This document shows, piece after piece, positions 49,101-57,843 of a stretch of DNA of 64,000 nucleotides. Both the position numbers and the translations under genes were made by a program. The notes under the pieces are model-generated. The model searched no databases, was not told where the DNA came from, and saw only the letters and a program-made list of their open reading frames with translations. The stretch comes from Marsupella aquatica. Lineage: Eukaryota > Plantae > Marchantiophyta. The first letter of the stretch is position 1. Each line of letters starts with the position of its first letter. The stretch spans positions 3,369,455 to 3,433,454 of the forward strand of contig OZ316899.1 in assembly GCA_973895155.1 (NCBI GenBank), in the 5' to 3' direction.

Positions 49101-50118
49101 GTGGGGTTTGGCTAGGCTGCGGCTGAGGCTGAAGCTGAAGCTGAGCCTGAGGTTGCATGGGTACGGGTACGGGTATGGGTACGGGTACGGGTATGGGTAC
49201 GGGTACGGGTTCGACTGAGTTGGTCATGTTGGTTGATGGCCGAGTTCCCATGAAGCTCTATAGGTGCTGGTAGAAGTTCTCCGAAGCGAGTGTAGACGAC
49301 CTTGTCGAATGGGTAGTGCTGGACTCGCTCTTGATGATAGCCCAAACCTGAGTAGGGATGTGGTTGAAGTGATGTCGTTACAAGTCGATTGTACCCGAGA
49401 TATTGAAGACCTCGTCCGGAAGCCGAAGCAATGCTTCCCAGAAACCGATATATTTGTCTCCATTGAAGAAGTACCCAGATACTTCTGCTGGTCGGTAAAG
49501 CTCACTCTGAGACGGGTAGTCAAAGTTAAGGATGTAGTGGTGTCGTCCTGCTAGGCGGATGGCTCTCTTGTACTCGCGTTTGATTTCGTATCGGCGCGGG
49601 TTGGCGTGTTTTAATGAGTCGGCCAAGTGCCTTCCGGTAGATAGGAACTGCGTCCAGAATCAAATGGCCGAGCTGGAGAGGATCGTGTGCGACATTCAGA
49701 GGAGATAGTAGTGGCGACTTAGAGCGAACGAGAGAGCTGGGGTCGAAGCTGGCGCGTGGACTGATGGACTGGTGCACTACAAAGGGTTGGCTCCCCTTTT
49801 ATACCTTGAGGGCTTGTCGATCCCCCGACGTCTCCTCGACGCCCATAGGCTGAACCGCTCATGCTTGTGGTATACCGGCCACTCCGCCGGTCTGAGTCAG
49901 CGCGTGTCAGTGGCCGCTTCTTAAGTACGTTATACGGACCCGAGGGAGGGGCCCCTCCACGCTCGTAACCCGGGTGTGCGAATAGCGACCCGCCGCCAGT
50001 CCGAACCTGAATTCCCCCTTATTGCCTAATGATGTCCTACCCATAATGATTACCTAAATACTGTCGTTATGCTAATAATAGCGGCCTAAGACACTCCTAA
50101 CGTGCGTGCTAAGCGCAG
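46129..50118 (-). mobile_element. Family-B solo LTR, duplicate of 33376-37392, cut 43 bp from its 5' end by element A
   Basis: Same left junction GGCCGCC|TGTCAC. It ends ...AAGCGCAG|TGTGATGCC where copy 1 continues TTAGACCG. Confidence 0.93.
47025..49695 (-). pseudogene. Family-B LTR-encoded ORF (disrupted)
   Basis: 47232-48827 (531 aa) plus 47025-47228 and upstream pieces match 34273-36926. Confidence 0.85.
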
Positions 50119-50212
50119 TGTGATGCCTAGACAGGAATCACTCGGCCAGTTAAGTGGGTAAAGCAGGAAGGCACCCTAGGAACACGTTAGTATAGGGACA
50201 AAACAAGGAAAA

Positions 50213-50218
50213 TATAAA
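50213..50218 (+). promoter_or_regulatory. Putative TATA box for the family-A LTR ORF
   Basis: AATATAAACA about 95 bp inside the LTR in all A copies. Its spacing favours ATG 50495 over ATG 50234 as the start. Confidence 0.45.
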
Positions 50219-50494
50219 CAATTAGGGGCAACCATGGAACCCGGGCCGAGGCCGGAGGTAAGGACGCTGAGGGTGAAAACCCGATTAGGGTTAGGGCGCG
50301 TTAAGCGTCGGCGGCTAGGAAGGATCAACGGGAAGAAGGACCGGCAGAGGAGAGGGGTAAGGAGCGCTTGCAGGAGATGGTGGCTCATTTGCGAGCACGA
50401 ACTAGGCAGACGACTACGGGAGGCCAACTACTGTCAGCTGCTTAGGCAAGCACTCGGGGAGAGAGTAGATACCGACGATCAACCTAAGGAGGGT

Positions 50495-53400
50495 ATGAGC
50501 AACGTCAATCAAGCGGCACATTTCTGGGGATGCCTGTTCGAACGGGCAACTGAGTACATCAAGACTTACGAGGACGAGGAATCAGAAAGGGCAGCTCGAG
50601 AACGGCAGGAGCTCGCTCGATTGTGGGAGCTGCAGAAGACGGCTTTCTTAGGAGGCGAACTCATCAAGGACGAGTTCCTGTGGACGCCTACTTCCAATCA
50701 ACTCGACGATCTTCTGTTTTGCAAAGACAGCGTCGTCGGCATCCGAGAGGCCATCAAGAACTACAACGACATACACTGGGAATTAAAGGGAAGCACGGAA
50801 AGGTGGACCCAGGCAACGGTGCTAGGAGAAACCTCCACGGCAGCAGAGATGAAGAGGAAGGGAGCCGTCAACGATGAAGCCACCCCGGCAAAAAGAACGA
50901 GGTCGGCGGCACCAAAGAAGCCAGCCGAGCAGCAGAGCAGGAGGCAGGGAGAAGCCGAAGAGGAGGAGGTCGATCCCATCAAGGCCATTCCAACCAGGGA
51001 TGACACCTGGAAGGGCTGGGTGGCAACCCTACCGGTGGAGGTGCAACTACATTTTGCACGGGAGGAGGATGCATGCTTCACGGCCATGCAGACCAAGAAG
51101 TACCAAGGCTTCATGGCCGGATCCGGCTTAGAGGCCTTTGTAAGATTACCATGGCTGAAGCCGGAGGTACCGGAGTCAGACCTATTAGAATTCGTGGGGT
51201 CATGGGAACCCGAGACCAATTGCACGAGGATATATGGGAAGGATTTCTATCTTACTCCCAAGGTAATTGCCGAAGTGTTTGGCTTGCCGATAGGCAATAA
51301 GACCAAAGTTGATACCAGGAAGACCTTGCCTGACAAGGAGTTCCGGTCGTTCCCTGGGCCATCAACGAAGAATGGCTTCTTCCGGAACACCTGCACCAAC
51401 CCGCACATAGGAGAGATGATCGACTTCTTGCGGGTGACCATGCATTGTAACTTGCCGAGGGCAGAGATCGGCAAGGCACAGGTCTATCTGGCAGAAAGGC
51501 CAGACCCAAGCCGGGACTACAACGGGTACCTCCTCAACCAATTGAAGAAGATCTTAAAGGAGGAGCAGCAGGTAATCGGCATGGGGAGCGTGTCGCGGCT
51601 TGGCTATCACATGCCGCTGTTGTGCCGGTATGCCAGAGGTCAGACTTTTGCCCCTGTACTTCCCCTGCAGGTAAGGGCACCCGAGGAAGCTCCAACGCCG
51701 AGGCCGTTGGCTGAGAAGCCTCAACCACCTGTTAGCCCTACGATCGAGCAGGTGTTTAGGCCCAGGAAGGAGGACTTGCCGATGCAGCAACCAGGCATGC
51801 AGAGTCTGCTGAAACTACTGGAGAAAGAAAAGAAATCGGCATCGGCAACAACAACGGCAACGGCAACAATGCAGGACACTACTACAGAGGTAGGCCTACA
51901 CCGGCTCACAAGAGAAAACCCCTTTGCTGGAGACAAGGAGAGAATCAGGCCGGAATCCAAGCCAGGTGTTCGAATGTACGTGGGAACCTCAAGCTCCGAA
52001 TCTGAGGCAGAATTGCCTGAAGCTCTTACCGACGAAGAGGAGAGGGAGAAGCCGGACGTCCAAGAGGTAGAGGAGGCAGTGGAGGACTGCAGCCATGATA
52101 ATTCCGGCTATGGGTCGGACCATCACGTTCCAGGAGTAAGGACCTATGGCCGGTTTGTCCCCACACTTCCAAGGGTAGTGCGAGGGGACCCCAACCAGCA
52201 GAGTAGCCCTGAGTCTCCCCCACCAGATGTTGCTCCCCCGAGCTTCGACGGCATAAAACAGACGGTGCAGGAATTTCAGGAGCGAATCAGGCAGGAAGAG
52301 GAGGCAGCCCTGGCTAAGGAAAAGGATTTACCAGGAGGAGATTGGCCGGAGGACATCAGGCGGCTAGCCAAAAAAGGAAGCAAACCTCTAGCCACGATTG
52401 AAGAGATCCGCAGGACGGCTTGGGAGCAGAGGCCGCGATGGGCGATGCCGATCACTTCTACTTACTCCACCTACGCTAAGAATAGAGCCATGGAGTATGG
52501 TGAGATGTGTGGGGAACTTGCGCTCGGCATCTTTGGAGAGGAGTTGGAGGTAGGACCCTTTTTCCATAGGGAACAGTTGGAGAAGCACCAATTAGAAGAA
52601 GCGGTGGCTTTAGAGAGAAGCAAGAAGGACGAGGTCATTCGGCGGCTTAGGAGGATGGAAGCCGAGATTGAAGATCTAAGGGCGGCCAAGAAAGCCCAAG
52701 ATGAACTGCAGATTAAACGACATGAGCTGAACATCATGTAGGGGCAGTTGGACACCGCGCAGGCTGATAATCAGAATATCAAGGATAAACTGACTCAGAC
52801 GCAGGGAGAGTTGGCCGACACAATCAAAGAGAGGGAGAAGTGGAAGCAAGAGCTGAAGAATACAGAGGAGGCCCACATAACAGCCAACAGCCGGGCCATG
52901 GCGGAGACCCAAAGAAAGGAATGGGCGTTGAAAGGGGAGCTCGAGAAAATCCGCGGAGCCCTTGAGCAGAAGGAGGCCGAGTTAGGGAAATCCTATCAAG
53001 GGATTATGGCGCTGCAGCAGGAGCTTGCGTCCCTGACGGCCAGCTTCAAGGCCGACCTAAGGGAGAAGGACGAGATGCTCGAACAGACTTACGCCAAGAT
53101 GAACCAGATGGAGTCTGTCATCATTGCAGAGCTCGACAAGGAGCTAAGAGCAACCCAGGTGGAGAGGACTACCTTGAAACAAGAACGGGAGGAAGCCCAG
53201 AAGGAACTAGAGGAGGCGCGCAAGGACCTGGATGAGACCCAGGAGGAGTTGGAGGAAATCACGAGGAAGATGGAGAACCTCCAGCGGCGGGCCGACAACC
53301 AAACGGAGCGGCTGAAGAAACAAGCCGCAGTATTTAAGTGCTTGTCTTCATCAGGCCCAACTCCAATTGGGGCAACCAAGTTACCAGGAGTGGTACTGGC

Positions 53401-53868
53401 CGAAGAAAAAGCCGCGCCAACTGCACCAGTGCCGGAAGTAAGTGGGAAGGGGAAGGGACCAGCTGCCGAACCAGAAAAGAAGAAAAAGCGAAAACCTTCA
53501 GGGTCAAGGAGTAATCCGACTCCACAAGCCGTGGTGACCAAAGAGGTAGAACCAGCACCATCCTCCGGCATGAATACAGCAATATATCCCAATATCATCA
53601 CAGGTGGGGGTGGTGCGGCCCAAGCCGAACTACTCAGTAATGAGCCGGTATTCCAAATCCGCCTCTTGAGCAGGCCGGGGAGACCGTAGCCGAGGCTGAG
53701 GCTGTAACCGATTCCCGAGCCGATGTCGACGCCGATGGTGGACCCAGTCAGGCCGATGGAGAGTTGACTCAGTCAAGGGCAGGTAATCTGTCAGGGAATG
53801 AGCCTACGGCAGTGGCTGAGGAGGAAGCGTTGGGGGCGTCCATTAAGGATCCACCACCGGTGTCATGA
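50495..53868 (+). pseudogene. Family-A LTR-encoded PMD-like nuclear/coiled-coil protein, 5' LTR copy (about 1120 aa; TAG at 52739, frameshift near 53620-53690)
   Basis: Open 50234-52741 and in frame on to 53689. The homologous end (…PPVS*) is at 53868. Motifs KRKG-x8-PAKRTR, EFVGSWEPET...LTPKVIAEVFGLPIG, long heptad region, KKKKRK. Confidence 0.88.
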
Positions 53869-54784
53869 CGGTGCAAGGGCGCCGTTCCTTTTAGGGAGGG
53901 CGGACGTGGAGGGAGGAGGCGTGAGTGGGCAGGGCGGGCACGGATCTCCACGTTTAGGATTAGGATCAGAACCAGGAGCGGCCCTGACACTTAGCTTAGT
54001 GGGATTGCGGTCCCACTGGTAGGAGCAACACTTGTGCTCCTGCCTTGCTGTACATAGGTAGATTCGGGCAAGTAGATTACTGTTAAGTAGATTAGGCTTA
54101 CGATGCAAAGAATGGCGGATCCACTACCAGGATAAGTACCTGGGCAGCGGGGAGCTCAGGGCCTCTTCTTTAGCAAGTTTTTAGTTTGCACCAGCCGGGC
54201 TGGGATCAAGTAGTACGAGAAGCTCTCGGTTAGTCATACAGTGACCCTTGTGTATATTCATGTTTCCTCATGCCTAAGAGCTGAATAGAGTTGGCCTCAC
54301 GGCTTAGTTCGCAGAACTTGTGTATGAGATGTACTGTTTGTATGGCAAGTGCATGGTATGACTCAGTCAGAATGAGTCATTTTGCTATTTGTGTGTCGCA
54401 TTAACTTGTGTGAAGAGTGCCCACATCAACCAGAAGGAAGGAAAGTAAGCAGGGGAGTGAGAGTTGGATGTGTCGAGCTGAGAGAGGTCTTAGCGGCTTA
54501 ACCAAGCCTATTGGGGATCATTCCGGCGGCGGAATCCAAACATACCTAACAAGACGGAGGGGAAGATAGGGGAAGGCCTAGATTAGGCCGGCTACGTATC
54601 TCATGACCCGATGAAGGATCTATCCAGTATATGTGTGTAAAATGTTAATAGTAGTAGTAGAAGGTTAGCAGCGTCCCATGCCGCTAAGCCGCGGAAACGG
54701 CCTCGCCAAGCGCGAAACCCGCGGGAATCGGCTTGAGCTGGGGGGTTTCTTGGGTTTAGGGAGCCATGGGACGCACCACATTTT

Positions 54785-54801
54785 TGGCGCTAGATGGAGG
54801 G
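54785..54801 (+). other. Primer binding site, tRNA-Asn type
   Basis: TGGCGCTAGATGGAGGG, 4 nt after the LTR. It complements the 3' end of plant cytosolic tRNA-Asn (...CCUCCUUCUAGCGCCA) with one mismatch. Confidence 0.8.
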
Positions 54802-54849
54802 GGCATTTCTTAAGCCGTGAGATATGAAGTTAGAATGGAAGCGTAGGTA

Positions 54850-57843
54850 ATGACTGACCTTACGCCGAGGGAAGAAAGAGTGATTCAACGGGAGAGAGCT
54901 CGACTGCAGCAGCTCGCCGGGTGGCATGATACACAGCGACTGAGAGGGGCAGAAAGAGCTGGTAGCTCCGAAACTGGAAGTGGCGTCGAAGAAGACATAC
55001 CAGAAGAAGAGTTGGTAAGGAGAAGTGAGTCTCCAACCGACATGGGGGAACCAGAGGCACGGCCAGACGAGAGGCCAGGGACCAGATTGAGCCAGCGGTC
55101 GCGCATACATTACAAGGCATTTCATGGGAGAGGAGATGAGGATCCGGACGAATGGTTGGATGATTTCGAGGGAACCGCTGCAGCAAATGGAGAATCGGCC
55201 ATCAAGATGCAGATTCTTCCCGGCCTGTTCAAGGGTGAGGCTAGGCCTTGGTACAGAGCATTAGATGTGGAAGATCAAGCCATCTGGGATATCTTCAAAA
55301 CACTCTTTCTTAAGGAGTTTTGACCCATTGGAACTTCAGAACTAGCAGTGCTGAAGTTGGGACAACTTCGGTTCAAGGAGAACAAATCCTTCAGGAAGTT
55401 CTTGCAACGCTTTCAGAAACTGGTAAGACGTACAAAGACCAATGCATCTGAAGGTATGCAACTTCAATGGTAGGTGAATGTTTTGCCACAGAAGATGAGT
55501 TTTGCAATTAGGAAGGAGAACCCGGAGACTTTAGCCGAAGCAATTAAGGATATTCAATTATACATTAATGCAGATATCACAAGCCGGAAGAAACAGCTTA
55601 AGTCTGAGAGTTCCTCATCAGAGGAGGGATCACCCCATAAGAAAAAAGATAAGAAGAAGAAACATTCTAAGAAGTCTAGAAGTGATAAGTCAAGCTTGGA
55701 TAGTGGGAGTAGCAAGAGTGAGTCATCTTCTAGTTCTGAAGAAGAAAAAACTAGGAAAAGGAAGGGCAGAAGGAGAGGGAAGACGAAAGTCAAGCTGGAG
55801 GCTAAGCCACCAGATAACATCGTAGCCCTTACCGAGCAACTTAAGGCTATCATTGCAGAGGTAAAACCGAAGAAGAAGGTAGTACAGGAGGATAGCTCTG
55901 TATGGTGTGCCTTATGTTATAAAACCGGACACCATAAAGATGCGTGTCCTAAGCTTAATACTAATCATGTTCGGCATGTGGCCGAGATCAGACCATGTCA
56001 GGGAGAAGTAGAGTACTTTTTAGGAGATGCCGCTGATAGTGTTTTCGGCATCAGTGAGACTGGAGCACGAGACCTATCCAACCGACCTGCATCTCTATGG
56101 TCAGGGTTAAGGAACAATCCAGGAGAGATGTATCCTCGGATTATTCAGAACCCGTCAGTACCTCCTAGGCCGAATGTGCAAAGATTTGCGGCGTGCTATA
56201 ATTGTGGTCAACCTGGCCATTTTGCTAGAGAATGCCCGAATGCACGCAAACAGGGTGATGGACAACCAGCTCAGCTATGTATGGGATGCCGACAGGAAGG
56301 TCATATGCTAGGGCAATGTCCTACTTGGTTGGCAGGCCTGGCCGCAAATCATAAGCTTTTGCCGATCAAGATCTTACCGCCAGGTACTACCCCCGGAGGA
56401 GTTCAAATCAACCACATCGAACTAGGATGGCAAGAGGATGCCGAGGCAGAGTTCGTACCATCTGATGATGAGGCCGAAGCCCTATCAACCTTCTCAGAGG
56501 AGGATTTAGATCATGATTGCTACCGGGTCTCTACTCGATCTACCAGAAGGAAGGAAAGGTGGGATGGGCTGGCCAAAAATAAAGGGAAGGTTACGGAGGA
56601 AAAGATCGACTCTTCGTCAACATCAACAGAAGGAGAAGGGAGGGCTCCGGCAATACAGGTAAGCCATGAGCCCACCAGTGAAACCAATCCTTCACAAGAT
56701 AGCGACTTCAATCGAGATCATCCTAAGTTGTTCTACCCCTCTGTTACGGCTAGTGTTAAGGAACAACTAAGAGAATTAGAAACCCTGGAGAATACCGAAG
56801 CCATTGCCAAGGATGTAAAACGAGCAAAAGCATTGTTTGCTTCGAAAGACCCAACAGCTGTGGAGACTAGCATGGCAAAACTGGCCGAATCCAAGACGGA
56901 AACACCACCAGAGGAGAAGCCGATTGTTCCCTATGACCTGGCTAAAGATGTACTAGAATCTAGAGTCTCGGCAACAGTAGGTCAACTATTGAAAAATAGC
57001 CCGTACTTCCGGAAGCAATTAAGGAAGGCTATTCTCGGCAAGCCGAGGTTACCCAAGGTAGCAACCAGATCCGACGTACTAATGATAGAAGAAGATCAAG
57101 GAGCCCCAGCATTACCATTAATGATTCAAGGAGAATTATTACTACGGGTACCCATCGATGGAGGATCAGGGGTATGTATTATGATTGATTCAACAGCAAA
57201 AGGGTGGGGTCTAACACCGGAGATGACTGGAAGAGTGTTGAACATGGCCAATGGATATCAGGTCATTCCCACGGGAGTGTTAACCGGCATCAAGACAGAG
57301 ATAGGAGGTATCTTCTTTAGCATTAACTATGTAGTAATGAAGCCGGTAAATCCTACGTCATTCCGGCTATTGATTGGTAGGCCATGGCTGTACCTAGCCG
57401 AGGTAATAGAAGATTGGGGTAAAAAACAGTTCACTTTCGGGACCCCCTCTATCACGGTATCCTGGGACACTAAGGATGACCGTAGGAAAAGCATAAGGGA
57501 AGTAGATGGGTACGACAGTGGACTGGAGTCAGCCGATGAAGTACGTTGGTTAGAATGCCTCACTAACCTAACCGAAGAAGGTGTCTTTGGACCAGAGGTA
57601 CCCCCCAGCGGATTATGGCAAGAACCAATGGAAGGTGACTTGGAAGAAGAAGACGAAGAGGTCGAGGACTGCTTTACAATAGAATCCACCTTTTTAGCTG
57701 CAATTCCGGAGGAAGTAAAGGATGTAGACCAATTGGATGAAACGGCTAAGTGGGGAGCAGTAGCAGGGACAGTGGATTTTCTGCAGGCGTTGTGGCAGAG
57801 CCGGCAGGGTTCACAACGCCATCGATCATCGGCAAGGAATTAA
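54850..57843 (+). pseudogene. gag: gag-protease ORF (stops at 55321 and 55471)
   Basis: Capsid motif FHGRGDEDPDEWL...GEARPWY. Three CCHC knuckles (CALCYKTGHHKDAC, CYNCGQPGHFAREC, CMGCRQEGHMLGQC). Protease VPIDGGSG...LLIGRPWL. Confidence 0.92.
57774..57820 (+). promoter_or_regulatory. Candidate programmed -1 ribosomal frameshift signal
   Basis: In-frame heptamer G GAT TTT (57774-57780), 5-nt spacer, stem GGCGTTGTG (57786-57794) pairing with CACAACGCC (57812-57820). The -1 frame is the RT frame. Confidence 0.7.

Larger units (their letters stand above)
44368..50118 (+). repeat. Duplicated block, copy 2 (partner 31605-37349)
   Basis: Offset 12753-12769 bp from copy 1. Interrupted at its right end by the full-length A element. 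Confidence 0.93.
50119..54780 (+). repeat. Family-A 5' LTR (4662 bp)
   Basis: TGTG...CACA ends. Repeats at offset 10886 from 61005, with about 15 substitutions seen in 3.0 kb. The end is confirmed by the solo LTR end at 28016 and by the PBS. Confidence 0.96.

Noticed and set aside
50234-50494. N-terminal 87-aa extension of the LTR ORF (MEPGPRP...)
   Set aside because: ATG 50234 is only 15 nt after the TATA box, and the extension is not open in other A copies. Homology with A' starts at MSNVNQ/MNTVNQ.
52739-52741. Programmed stop-codon readthrough in the LTR ORF (the same TAG also occurs at 41178-41180)
   Set aside because: The 3' LTR and the solo LTR have CAG at this codon. Recurrent C-to-T at a methylated CHG site is simpler.
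50495-53868. env (envelope) gene
   Set aside because: No signal peptide or transmembrane stretch is visible. The protein is hydrophilic with NLS-like motifs.
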